Assembly (NCBI GenBank): GCA_002633005.1
Contig: NMRA01000053.1
Span: 124,001-188,000, forward strand
Direction of reading: 5' to 3'
From: Phoronis australis
Taxonomy: Eukaryota; Animalia; Phoronida
Length of the DNA: 64,000 nt
Position numbers and translations under genes: made by a program. Below, piece by piece: positions 49,938 to 63,483 of the stretch. The notes under the pieces were generated by a model. It worked only from the letters and a program-made list of their open reading frames with translations. It ran no database searches and was not told where the DNA came from. The first letter of the stretch is position 1, and the number at the start of each line of letters is the position of its first letter.

Positions 49938-49965
49938 CCGAATAAACACCCGGGCGTTTATTTGG
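49938..49965. repeat. 28-bp palindrome (MITE-terminus-like)
   Basis: CCGAATAAACACCCGGGCGTTTATTTGG, 2 mismatched pairs. Confidence 0.75.
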
Positions 49966-52056
49966 TGTTGCTAAAACTCCTGAAATTTTTCATTTTCCGA
50001 ACACACACCCATGGGCTTATCTACGGAAATTTCCGGTAGTTGTCAATGTTGAATTCTTAACCAAAGCGTTTTGAGGGTAAATAACATAGCCTTGCTTATC
50101 TGATGTTGAATTATTGCCGAATGAGGCAACGACTCGAGTCACGAGGCAGTGCATACATGCTACTTTTTCAAATTCACATTGCTTGAGATGGCCAACCCCA
50201 GTTATCTCTGAAGGGCTTTCTTGAATCGGCAATGATTTTGATGTTCTTGTTGGTACTGGAAATAAAATCTTATCATGGTAAAAGAATATTATGAGGTCAA
50301 TTTTATGAGAATAAAAGGCCTACTTTAATTTTGTTTTTTGCCAGCTAAACTTTACGAAATGTCATATTTTGTTTTAAATTGGTCGTATGCAAATGGATAT
50401 CACATGCGTCATAGTTTATCAGTGCTAAAACAGCTTTGGTGTAAACATGAACTAAGATTTGGAAATTGTTTTTTATTAGTAAGTAAATTGCAAACTTGTC
50501 ATGATAAAACCAAGTTGAACTGAAAAAGCCGTCTGTCACCAAAATTACCTTTTAATTAGAAAAGCGCGTACACATTTTTCCCATTGATCTGTACACATAT
50601 AATGACAGTGACAGTGCAATTTGGAAATCCATTAATTTCATTTGAAATGTAAATTTGACACTGGTTGGACGGTTTTCTGTTTTAGCCTTAGTTTAAAAAT
50701 TTCCATTTCATCTCATGCTGTGGGAAAATTCATGTGAAAAATTGCAGTAAATTTTTGATAGTGACTATGGAAACGATAACATTAATGGTAATAATAATAA
50801 TAATAATAATAGCAGTTATTGTAACAATAGTATCAATAAGAAGACTGTTATTAATAAAAATATTGTTGCCATTACAATAATTGTTATAATGATTATCATC
50901 GATATTATGGTGTCGTCAATAGTTAACTTCAAGTTGTTGTACATCTTTTCATTTGTTACAACATTGTGTTGATAATCTTTTTGAGTTTTTAAAAATTAAT
51001 AATCGCCCTTAGCAACTCAAATATTGTTATTATTGAAGGTGCTACTAAGGCTTTCATAGCTCTGGGTTTCAATTGTACTTACCTCAAATCAAGCGCACAT
51101 TTTCCCAGTACATGCATGCGGGAGACTACTGTAGTTGAGGGTCACTGTGGTAGTCGATGTTGCGTCATACCATGACATGGTTTTATGAATTTTTGCCTCC
51201 ATTGATTATTCATCTGGGCTGTGGGCATGTTTTTTCTTATGAATGAAATAGACACAGCAGATGTACCTACACATGTTGGCAACATGTCTTTGCAGTTTTT
51301 AAGTGGCCCTTTATTAGCAGAGTTGATAGCTTGGTGACCATGGTGTGGGTTTGCATGACTCTATCAGATGATCACCTAGCAAGGTGACACATGATTTCCC
51401 CTTCAAACTCTCCTGTTATGGCAGGGTAACAGGCTCAACAAACCCTCATGCATTAATTATGCAGCCTCAGAGTGCATATGCCATACATTGGTTATTAGCT
51501 AGTGCAGCAATGCTCTGTATGAAAATGATAAAGGCCCTGTACAGTGTATAAAGAGATCTCTGTTCAGTGTGAACAATATCCATCAATAATGCTGGTCAAA
51601 GACCTGGACTGACCTAGCCACTGTGTCGTCTGCCCAGTTATGCAATCAGCCAGCCATTTTGAAAGTAGCATTGGGTTCGCATTCTCCTTTCGCATTTTTG
51701 CCCTTGTTTTTTATGTCTTCTAAAATGCCGTTTTGGATGTTGTGGGCTTGTTTATTCTATTGATGTCTGGCTGTACTATCTAACTTAAACAATGACAATG
51801 TTGATAGCAAACTCAACAAAATAGTTGAATTATTTTGAAAAAAGCAAAGGTGTGTTAATGAAATTTTATAAATGATACCAGTTTATTTAAAGTTGGTGCA
51901 TCCAAGTTTGACAAATAAGACGGCTAAAATTCAAATGAAACAGAACTTTTTGTATTTTATACATTGAAATGAATTGTGATCTTCGATCCTGATTCAAAAG
52001 ATCTCCGTAGCTGCCTGTCCTTGCATTCTCCAACAATAATCGAAAAAAATAAAGGT

Positions 52057-52115
52057 ATCCCTGGAAAAGAATAATCGGGATCCCTGGAAAAGAATAATAG
52101 GGATCCCTGGAAAAG
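52057..52115. repeat. 23-bp tandem repeat x2.5
   Basis: ATCCCTGGAAAAGAATAAT(C/A)GGG. Confidence 0.9.
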
Positions 52116-52802
52116 TTTTACCAGCAGTTATCCTTAGAGAATGCAAATACATGTGTCTTTTGAGATTTTTTGTACCCGGATCAAACATCATGATTGGTTT
52201 CGTCGTATAGCATATAAAAATTGACTTGATTTCAGTTTTAGCCACCTTAAGCGGCAAACACAAGTCTAGCAACTTAAAGGATTTTCTATATTTACCAACA
52301 AACTGGAAATGTCTCTGAAGATCTGATTAAAACTCATTCTCAAACACTCTGCGTCCATTATCAATGTTACATGTAGTTGATAATGGTTGCCTGTGATTGG
52401 ATGAGTTGGTCACCTGCTTGTGTTAAACAACATTTGACATTTATTACCATTGGTAAAAAGTTTTGAGCAATTGTCATTACTTGGTGACAGCTCCATGACC
52501 TATTTTTGTCTGTCTGTGTATAAGGAAAGTTGAACATTGATTCAGACCTATAGTTTGAAAAAATGATTTTTTTTATTTTATTTTGTTGATTTACCATTTG
52601 GGAGACAAATGTTTTCACAATATGCCACATATGTTGTTGATCTTGCACTGCAATGAAAGACAAATATTTTACATAACACACATTTTAGATCAATGTTTCA
52701 TTGTTTTTTCTGTGTTCAGTATTGACCCCTTGTCTGACCTTTTTAAATAACAAATGCCGTGATTACATGATTTCTTGTGGTTTTATCCATTTTCCTGTGC
52801 AG

Positions 52803-52892
52803 GTTCATTGGCCATGAGTGGCAGTCTGATTTTTTGCAATAATAATGGCAAGCACCTGGGGGAGAGGCCACTAACTGGCCATCTTGCAGAGG
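52803..52892 (+). CDS. Candidate 90-nt internal exon (GSLAMSGSLIFCNNNGKHLGERPLTGHLAE)
   Basis: Strong acceptor TTTTATCCATTTTCCTGTGCAG, donor GAGG|GTTAGT, open in phase 1-1, compatible with 38747-38792. Confidence 0.45.
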
Positions 52893-54338
52893 GTTAGTAT
52901 ATGCATCTCAATGAACAGATTCTTGCACAAGTCCTTCAATTAAGGTATAAGGAGTATTTCCTTTTCTTAAATTTCTCAACAAAAATATTTATTAAGAAAA
53001 CTTGATCTTATTATCAGCCTGGCTTATACAGTGCAGTTGCTGCCACCTAACAACATTTGGTAAAATTTTGAGCATTTGCACCAACGATGTAGTAGCATTC
53101 TTAAGAAAAATGTCAGTTTAGCAATTATTTTTATCTCAAATTGAAGAAAACAAAAATCCAAACAGTGCTAATGCAGCTATTTATCCCTGATGCTCCAAAA
53201 AACTTGACTGTTTTGTGGTTACAAATTCATTATGCATGTGATAATTCATTTCCTCAGCTTGTGCTGTTTGACGCTATTATTGGCTCTATAACAGGTTTTT
53301 AACCACTTCCTTGTCAAGGATTTTTTGGTAAAACACCCAATCTTGCTTCTCCCACACGACAAAATAATTGCCAAAATTGTTGGTTTTTCATTTTTCGTTC
53401 AGAGGCTGCTGGCATTGTGTGATGCCCTCATTTACCTCATTTTGACCAGTGACTACCTTGTCAGCATCATTAAACATTTGTTTATAGCCCAGCATATCAC
53501 AGTCGTGCGTTCAATATCCCAGAAAAGAGAAAATAGAAGGAAAGCAACTTCAATTTAAAGTTTCTTAACTCTACGAACATGAATGTGATGTATGAATGTG
53601 TCCAGCACCAGTGCGTTCTGTCGACCAACACGAAAGTTTCTTATGCAAACTTATCTCTGCACTTCTCTGGTGCCCCACAGGAAAGTAAAAAGAGACACAG
53701 CATGGTCAAATACTGAGTTGTCACAACCACCACAAACGCAACGTCTTGCCATTCTTTATTTATCTGACAATTTTTCACAATAATTGCTATGGAGAATGAC
53801 TTGTGCTGTGATTGGCTATCTCGATTGTATGCAGTATGTATCCACCAGTAAATAGTCATAACTGGACATCAACTTAATAACGTATCGTCAGATAGTGATT
53901 GCGAGTTTTCTTATTTGACAGCTGATTGAAAATTGGTTTTTTGGATTTTTTTTGATAAAAGAATTAGTGATTTTCAAGCAAAAGAAAAAGGTGTTTCATT
54001 TGTGTGCCATATGATGCCCTAAAGTTGGTGCCTGAGTTTTTATTGTATTTGTATTCATGATAACATTAAAAAAGCTGTCTCAAAATAGCCTTTGAATTAT
54101 CTTGAAGAAGATGCCCAGCTGCATTCTAAATTTGTTGCCCTAATGCTTTAGCTGTAAGCTTAGAGATTTGTGTCCAGTATAGAATATTAAAAATTGCATA
54201 ACAAGGTTTGATACAAATATGTTGCTAATAATTAGAAACCATGTAGCGCGTGCAGTTGTATTTTTAACGAATCTTGCATCCTTTCACAAAATGGCTAAAA
54301 CATTGACTGAAGACTGAAGGTAGCTATGGTATACAAGT

Positions 54339-55234
54339 CAGTGTTTCCCCTGGGTTTCGAAATGAGTGTGGTGGTAAATGGTCGCAGCGGATGCAGAGCC
54401 CAACGTCACAGTGTCATTGTATGATCTCAGTATATGAGGAGCTTTGTATAATTTTAACCCCCAATTAAAGTTGAGTTAAGAAAAATGGACAAATCAGGAC
54501 AGGTTTTCCGACTTCTCATTAAAATTTTCAGGGGCTATGCACGTACATAGAATGAAAAAGATATTTCAACCAGAGTAAACTTGAATAAATGACATTAATA
54601 TTGTTTATTATATTCTTGCTCAAGGTAAATCAGCTGGATCAGCATTAGCCAACATAGCTGACGATTTATTCATCCATTCTATTCAGACAACTACTAAGAT
54701 AACTTGACTGGTCCATTAAACTATTTGCTGTTTCTTGCAGTGTAATTCACATTGTTGTATGACCTCTTTCCATAAACCTGAACACAATAAGGTGAATAAA
54801 ATTACATTTTCAACCCATTTTAATTCAGTATTGACTAGGGCTTCACTAGTTTTGAAAATTGATGTCAAGGTTGTTGCCCGGTCCCTAATTGTACTCAATT
54901 GCTGTGTATTGTAGGATAACCAAGCAGGACTGAATGTCTGTTACTAAGCAAACCCCAGGAAGGAAAGGGGATAAAACGATTATGTTTAATGAGGGGGAAA
55001 GTTAAAAATTCAATTTTGAATTATTGTTTTCCCCATTTGATCAACAAACATCAACATTAGGTGTGGAACTTGTGTATTGCCTATTCATTTTTACCTGTGA
55101 TTTTTGCGTGGGTGGCGGTGAAGTTTCACTGTAAGGATTAGGTGTGTGACAGTCAATTTGGGCAAGATAACGAGTGGCAGGGCCAAAAAGGAGTGTTGTG
55201 GGCTGTCCAGATTTTTACATGCAGGGGAAACTAT
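54339..55234. mobile_element. Probable old hAT-like non-autonomous element
   Basis: CAGTGTTTCCCCTG at 54339 and CAGGGGAAAC at 55222-55231; right end degraded, no TSD seen. Confidence 0.4.
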
Positions 55235-56609
55235 TTCAGACTGGTAAAGCCCCTGGTTGTCTTTTTCATTATCTGGCTTAATTCTATCATTATTATCATT
55301 GAATAAGTGCTAACGTTTTTGCTTCAAATACGAACCTTGTGTAGGATAAGAAGTTGATATATATGTGTCCAGTTGACATATTAAAATTGCTGAATCCTTG
55401 TTTTTGACATTTTTTGATTGAATTATTTGGAGGATTTTACAAGTTTTCGGTGTTGTTTTTTTTCAACAAACGCTTTCTGCTATTTTTCATCGACGAACTA
55501 AACTTGAACGAATGGAGGGTGGTCTTACAACTGCGGTTAATAAGTATTCATCATAAAGAATGCCATAGTGCAAAATTTTGCATGGTATTAAAATCACCAA
55601 CAACATTTTCGAGAAAGTTCTGTTGCCCCATGAGTGTCATCAGTCCCCTCAGGGAGTTAGGTTACTATTTGTATTAAATGAATGGGTCGGATTGTCAGTC
55701 TTCACTGTTGTTCTTCCCAGGGAGAAAAATAACTGAAATAAGTGGATAATTTTCGGTGGTTATAATATTAGAATGTTGGTAATTTGGAGAGGGTACCATA
55801 GTTGTCTCCTTATTAGATATTGTGGTCTTGCGTAATGATATTTAAGATCATGTATCACAAAACCATGGCCCTCTAACAAAGGTGTTACAATATCGAGTGG
55901 AGTTCACCTGCCTTCACTGGTAGATGTTCGGCATCAAAAGTTTAGGTTGAGAACCAGCCAAAGAAAAGTGATACATTTTCAACTACATAACAAGATTTCT
56001 TTCTCTGCTGGAGATGGTACAGATTATCTCCTTACAAATTTTCTATGGTATCTGTGTTGTCTAGACATGGCATTGCTATCTGTAAAGGTTTCATTTGCAC
56101 TAAAGGTTAATAACCTTTGACACAAAGAAAATATTGAGTCACCAAAAATTTCTAAGTCGAAATTGGACATTTTAGTGTCTTTGAACTAAAAATTACTTTC
56201 AAAATTTTCCTTTTCACTTTTGTGCGAACTTAAATGCATTCTGTGCTCAAGTACATACATCATGGTTTACACAGATGGCTGTCTAATCCGAATTTGCACT
56301 AGATGACAACAGTATTTAATCTTTGTTTTAAGTAGGACCTAGAAAAATCAAATTTGGCTACTTTTGGTACATCAAATCTCAGAAACGAGTGACTGGATCC
56401 AAATGCTATGCTATGCTGTATGCACTGTTCTCCCATAGGCGCTGAGGAATTGTTTTTAAATTGTTCCACTTCTGCATGAGGGGCTATATCAAAACATAGG
56501 ACCTATGATTTTCATGAACAATCTCGAAAAGTGCATACAACGAAAACAAAATGACAATTTAGAAAAGTGTAACAGAATTTTTGGGTTTCATCTTGAACTT
56601 CTGTTAGAT

Positions 56610-59600
56610 GTCCCATTGGTAACTCGGACTACCACATTATAGAAACAACATTCACACTCAACTGTGCATCTGAAGAACCCAACATCATCAAAAAGATTTG
56701 GAATTACAGCCTCATTAACATGGACAAACTGCGCACAACCACCACATTTGACGGGACTGAAATACTAAAAGCGACATATATGACACAGTTGCAAGTTGCA
56801 ACATTTACAAAGTCACTCTACAATATACTTGACAATATCTCATTAACCATAAAAACGATAAAAAAACGAAACAGAAACAAACCATGTTTTAACAACAAAA
56901 TTAAGTCTGAATTAAATAAAAGAAATAAACTGTAGGTCTTATGTAGTGTATCGGCACCAAAAAAATAATACAGTACACTGTACAGATCGGTCAGAAAATC
57001 TAATAACTGTACAGGTTTAAGTGTTTCAGAGAACTGTGCAACAGTGTGGAACAACTAATTAAAAAGACAAAATAGGACTATAACATGAAAATTATCTTCA
57101 ATATCAACAGACTCCAAAAATTCTAAGCAATACTCTGACACAGAAAACAAAATTCGAGGACAAGTCAAGCAATCATCATACCCCACCATCCACTCAAAGG
57201 ACGCCAACACTCGGGCATCATCCAAAACTGACAAAAGTAAGCTATTTCCAGAATATTTCACTGTCAAGAGTCACATTGTATCAACTACAAACTTTCCTGA
57301 ATTCCTAAACAGAACATCAGAAAACCTCTCTGACATTTAAGCCCGACCTTCTCAGGTCCGAAAACTACTAGAAAACATCGACGAAAACAAAAACGACAGT
57401 ACAAATCTAATAACTAATGAAATGATCAACTTTGCTAGGGAGCTTAAAGTTCCTCTGACAACATTATACATCAAATTTCCTTTCGACTGGAAACTTGTTG
57501 TGATACCAATATACAAAAAGGACTCCAGAACACTGACATTGCCAACACCTTATCATAAATTTTAGAAAAACATTATTTCTCAACACGTTTGATCCCCTCT
57601 CATCACAAAACCTCATCAATCGTCGCCAATTTGGATTCATGCTTGGTAATAGCACTGTGTCCAAACTTACAGAAATTGTACATGAAATCCACCACCAGTT
57701 TGAGCACGGGTACAACGTGAGATCCGTATTTTTAGACTTTGAGTCAGCTTTTGATGTCATTCCCCTTGATCTGCTTCTACATAAATTATATCGTGGTTTC
57801 TCAGGCACTCTCCTCCTACTTTTAAAATAATTTCTTGAATGCCAAACTTACAAAGTCTGAATTAAGGGTATCTTCTCACCCTAATCAAGACCAGATTGCG
57901 TAAATGCTGGAGTACCACAGGGTAGCATACTAGGCCTTTACTCCTTTTACTGCACATCAACGATCTTCCAGACACGATTACTTCTAAAACATTGTTATAT
58001 GCTGATGACACTGCAATTTTCTACCCATTCTCAAAAGAGCATCCCCATGACTCATTACAATTACAAACTGACCTGAACAAATTCTGTGACTTAAGTCTCA
58101 CAAATGGAAGATAAAATTTAAACCTGAAAAAAGTATTGACCTTATATTTTTTAAGTATAATAACACTAATTTCCAAACAAATCCAGTGCTTGATCTATCA
58201 CTCAATGGGAAAGTTATTCCCAAAAAGCATACACCTAAACACCTTGGCTTGCTACTAGAAGATAAGCTTATATTTACTCTTCACTGTCACAAACTCGTTC
58301 AAAAAGTACAAAAATTGATTGATCCAGTTAGAATCGTCTCTTGTCTTCTCAACTCCATGCATCTTGAAACTCTGTTCAAATATTTTGTGCTTCCACATGT
58401 AGATTACTGTGACAGCATCTGCCAATACAAAAAGACTGCAATACCAAGCAGCTTTAAGTCCCGTTTAGACACCAACTTTTGGCCTGGCACAACTGACACG
58501 GAGCAAATTGATGGTGTCAAGCGTTCGTTTACACACACAACTCACTGGCAAGACGGAAATTCTAGGCTAGAGTGTGGATCACACATGCGCAGGTTTACAA
58601 ATGACGGGAGTTGAAGAGACAGAGAATCCGTATTTAGGTCATATTACACAAGTGCAGTAGAGATGATCCTTTCCGCCTTTCCCCTAGTTTCGTGTTTAGA
58701 CACATAATTGACACAGAGCAAGATACGCTAGCGCAAATTGCTCTACCTCACAAACGGGTGGCAAAAGTTGTCATCGCGGTGTCAATTTGCTCCAGTTCAG
58801 TCCCACATACTTGTGCTGGAACAACTCGTTTGTTCCGTGTCATCTGATCCGTGTCAACTTTTGTAGTGTAAACAGCGCTTTAGTCATAACAGGAGTATAC
58901 AGAGGATCAAATACACTCAAGGCTCTAAATGGTCTCAGACTGGAGCAAACTAGCAAGTCTTTGTAAACTCCACATCTCCATGTATATATTCGAAGTCTTA
59001 AACAACATAAATAATTATTCAAACAAAATCCTCTTTGACTCTTACAAAGGACATAACACAAGACCAGAACTGCGGGGGGGGGGGCGGGGCAAAGTGATTA
59101 ATAACACTAAATACCATCTTCCCTCAGCCAAGCCTTCAGGAGATCTACGATAGTAACTTGCGATATTAACTTGCGTTGGCAACTGGAATTCCTTTACTAA
59201 CCAACATAGAAAGAAGTACTTTGATCGTCATACCACAACTCTAGACTTTCCTTTCATATTGACATCATTTCAACTTCCTCGCAACGATGAAATCATCCTA
59301 TACAGATCAAGATGCAGATTATTACTACACAGTGACAAATTTAAGACATGACTTTAATAATACTTCACCGTTGTATTCCTGTGGAGACACTCGCGCATAT
59401 GCTCGTATTTTCTTTGCTTGTATGGTGTGCGGAAAGCAGAGGGTAAAGCTTTTCCAGACACTCGAACAATACCTCAATGTTTACAAAAAATATTCAGATC
59501 TTCCAAAAATGTTTAGCAAAATATCTTTTTTAAATGGTTGTAAAGGACTTGAAAATAAGGTTTTATTGGAAAGAGTTTCAAAATTTCTTTTTATTGTTAA

Positions 59601-59800
59601 ATCTTTTTGTGTGAGTTGATAATATCGTATACATGTGCTTAGTTTCGAATAATCACCTTGACTGTAAAATCACTCATTGTGTATGAAAATTATTTATGTT
59701 TGTAATCATATTTCTATTTTATACTGTAACATATCATTATAATTTTAACATTAGGTTATCAATTTATGTATGTGTGTGTATAATTGTATATAGATTTCTT
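56610..59800 (+). mobile_element. Decayed CR1/L2-clade LINE (ORF2 reverse transcriptase pseudogene), 5'-truncated
   Basis: RQFGF, SVFLDFESAFD (~57723-57755), GVPQGSILG (57909-57935), YADDT (57998-58012), KHLGLLLEDKL, PHVDYCD, QYQAALVITG, WNS; many stops and frameshifts; ends approximate. Confidence 0.92.
58457..58879. mobile_element. PIF/Harbinger-like MITE nested in the LINE
   Basis: TTA TSD (58454-58456, 58880-58882); termini AGTCCCGTTTAGAC / GTGTAAACAGCGCT; removing it restores RLQYQAALVITG. Confidence 0.8.
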
Positions 59801-62480
59801 TGTATTATACTGTTTAATATTCCTAGATTGTCACATTAAATAAGTCCTAGCGTGCATGCAATGCGTCAGCGCTACTTTGCGATTACTTCTATAACAGTGT
59901 CACTTATCGATGTCTGTAAACTAGGGAAGCCAGTATGAACGGTTCAGTTAACTTCATAGTTTATGTCTACTCTCCTCTCAGACAAGAGTTAAGTCAGTGT
60001 GAAAGGGCCTTTTAGGATGAAGAAAGTATTGTGTGAATGACCAAGTTTTCAAAAGGTTGTGTCACTCACACACTTCTGTGGCGAGTTGAACTACTAAAAC
60101 TCAAAATGTACACTGAAACTATGAATTTTTTAGTCTGCATTGCAATTCATCTTGCAACTGTAAAAAATAAACATTAGTATGATGAGTGTCAGATTATTTT
60201 GATATAAGACAATGGCAAGCATGGAGCATGGAACACTACTGAGTAAAATAGACTCCTTGTGCAAATATTATGGGAATTTTCACTGAATCTGGAGTAGCAT
60301 TGTGATATTTTGGGACATGGCTATTGTGAACTGCCCAAACATGACATGTTGCTCACCTGGGCCATTGAAAGAGGGATTAAAACATATCCATATTTATTCC
60401 TCTTCTGGAAAAAGTCTGCCCAAATTATACTGTGTCTTCCTGCCCTGTGACTTTTTGAAGTTATGTCAGTGTCATTCAAAGAATTAACTGACCGACTCTT
60501 GTATCAAAACTGACACCCCAAATTTATACCAAAAAGCCATCTATATCTATATAAAAAATTTGAAAAATTGCACTCATTTCAGCAGCATACCCCCACATCC
60601 ACATTACATTGACTGCCCTCCTCTCCTCCAGGGTCAGCCCAGAATCTCGACCATATCAATAACTGATTTTGTTGGCAGATTACGGGGCCTTGTAGGCATA
60701 ACCAATGGAATGTCATTTTGTGTTTAGGGCTGTTGCAAACGTTAATTCCTTGGAAAAAATACCAGTCCTTCTCTTGTGCCATCCTAAATTCACCAATAGT
60801 TAGCAATATTTCTTAAAGCAGTTAATGGTGATTATTTTGAAAATCACACGTATGTGAATTGCACCATGTCACATATCTGATTTCTTTGAATTATGAATGT
60901 CGAATTAAAGCTGAAAGGGTCGACAGTCAAACTTTGAATGTGTCCACAAATGAATTTAATTAAAGCTCATGAGCTTCGGGGCAAGTTTCATACCTTGGTC
61001 AAATTACTGAGTATTTTGCAAGGAACAGCAATTCCCCTTCTTTCAAATATGGGCCATAATCCTGCCTTGCTGCCATTCTCTGTTCACTGACCTGTTATGC
61101 AATTAACTCCTGGTTGAGTTGACCAGGTCAGCCATTTGAACTATATTTTTTGCCCCAATCCTTTCTTATCCTGCAGTTGTTACGTAATGCAACATGCTTG
61201 CTCACTAAATTAATCTAGTGAGTGGTTGGTTTCAGTTGTTTTGTCCAGAGGCAAGAGATGCATAACCACCGTGTTTTTCTTAATAAGTACCTAGGGCAAT
61301 AATATTTTCAGTTTAAGAGAGCATTTGAAAGTCTTGTCCAGAGCGGTCTTTGAAAAGCATTGTCTTTGTTCATGTTCTGGTGCCGATCCCTCCTTTTGGA
61401 TTTTTTTAATAACGCAAGTTGGCATTCATGGAGTGAATGGAATTAATTGGTTGTTTCAACGGTAAGATTTTACCACCACCAACTGGATTTTTTCAACTTT
61501 CAATTTTTCAATTTTGCCCTGACCTAGTAATTCTTTATTTATTTCATACAAAAGTAATTTACAGAATTTGCAATTTTTCTATTTTTCAAGGGCTTCTTAT
61601 CTTGCTGTGTGATATCCACACAGTACAAACAAAGCCATGAATGGACTAGAAATTTTGTGGGCCATATTGTGCGCTAAAAAGAATGAAGAATTACAATAAT
61701 TAGCACTTCCCGGGTCTTAAATTGTTACTCATCAGAAAATACATAGAGACTTGGATTGAATAAATATTCCAAACCGTTGCCGTTCATTCACCGCAGGGTT
61801 GGAAAAGGGAATTTGGTTTTGTTAAATTTCTCCACAAACATGAATACTACATTTAAAAATGTTTGAGTTTGCAGCGTCATTATAGAAAGTCTTTAAAAAC
61901 TGGAGAATGACAGTTAGCAATTTTTGTCCTAAACCAAATACTTATACAAATTGTGACAAGGTTCAATTCAAATACCTATTAGTTTTTGTGAAATTCCTGA
62001 TTTTTCATATTCATTAAACAAATGAATATATATTCAAAGCTGACTGAAAATGCTTGATATTCATTTTTTTCCATATTAGGTCTAAAGCAAAGGTCATTTT
62101 AAAACCTTATCTTTGGTGTCAGAAATTTGCTAAAAGTCAGAAAGTTGTTAGAATAAAATATCAACCAATTTCGGACAAAAGCAATTACCGAAAATGTCCA
62201 TTTTTCATGTTTAAAGAGCTTCTAATTCTGTTGTGTCAAAAATATTTTCAAAGGGTATGGTAAAAATTCTCCAGTTTGTGACAAAGAAAAATTATTTTGC
62301 TCATGGTAAGAGCCTGTGTCAAATTTCAGTAATAGGCAACATTAGCCATCCCTAATTCAAGATTACAAGAAAGATGAATTTTGTATTGGCAGTTGTTTTT
62401 TGTGATTTTATCTCTAGACTTTGTTGATGCAAATTGCTGTGTTTTAGAAATATGATGAATGCCAAAATTGCCTGTATGAC

Positions 62481-62600
62481 AATCTTGAAAATCAAAAAAT
62501 CCATTCAATTTCCCAATCTTTAGAATCAAAAAATCCGACAATTTCCCAGTCTTGAGAATCAAAAAATCCATTCAATTTCCCAATCTTCAGAATAAAAAAA
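62481..62600. repeat. ~31-34-bp minisatellite (AATCAAAAAATCCATTCAATTTCCCAATCTT) x3-4
   Basis: Seen directly. Confidence 0.85.
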
Positions 62601-63006
62601 TTCCATATAACTGTTACAGTATCTGTGATACCAAACTTGAACATAGAAAAGCATTTAATTTGATGCTACATATCTTTCATGAGCAAGAAGATAAAATGGA
62701 ATTTTGCTTGTTGGCCATGTTGCGTCCTAAACTACAGCCAGATTTGATTGTGATGTACAACATGGTAGTTTTGCAAGGGAGCACTTGTAGGATAAAGGGG
62801 AAGACTATAGTAGTGACCTGTTTGAATCTGGACTTACTAATGATGGGGGAAGTTACATTGCACAAGTGCTATCTTTCATTTGAAAGTCTATACCATCACT
62901 TGCCTGAGAAAATAAATCTAAACGATTTCACTGAAGAGTAAAATGTTGTCATAGTTCATAAAGTTTCTTCTTTCTTTTTTATTAGTCAAATCACTTGTGT
63001 GCCCAA

Positions 63007-63483
63007 CAGGCCTTTATCCAAGATTTTGAAAATAGGGTGTCCAAAATGGGGTTCCCAATATTCCAGGGCATCCATGATTCCGANCACAGATTTTTTTACA
63101 AAAAAATGCATAGACCAAGCTGTTTTTACATCTAAGTTTACAAAACAGCCTACTGTAGTGAGCATTTTTACTAAAAAACTGTAGACCAAGACTTTTACAA
63201 TGCTATCAACCAAGTGTGAGCATAGCAACATTTTATATACTTTGTATGTACATTGTATATTTCTTCCTGCTTTGAAAAAGAGCCCCCACTGTGAGTCTTC
63301 AGAGGCTTCCTTATTCATTGCAATGTGCGAGTCCAAACTTGAAAGGTTCCTATTGACAGTGGGCGTCCAAATGATACATTGGGCTCCTTGCCAGGGTTCC
63401 AAATTAGTGCAAATTAGTGCTAGGGCGTCCAAATGCTAGGGCGTCCATTTGGACGCCCAGGACCTACGCTGCATAAAGGCCTG
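63007..63483 (+). mobile_element. Young non-autonomous hAT element with 8-bp TSD
   Basis: Perfect 11-bp TIR CAGGCCTTTAT/ATAAAGGCCTG; TSD GTGCCCAA (62999-63006, 63484-63491); subterminal GGGCGTCC motifs in both orientations. Confidence 0.93.

Noticed and set aside
52803-52892. Assignment of this exon to RBPJ/Su(H) on the basis of GKHLGERP
   Set aside because: The similarity is only a few residues and no CSL-domain exons are visible in the window.
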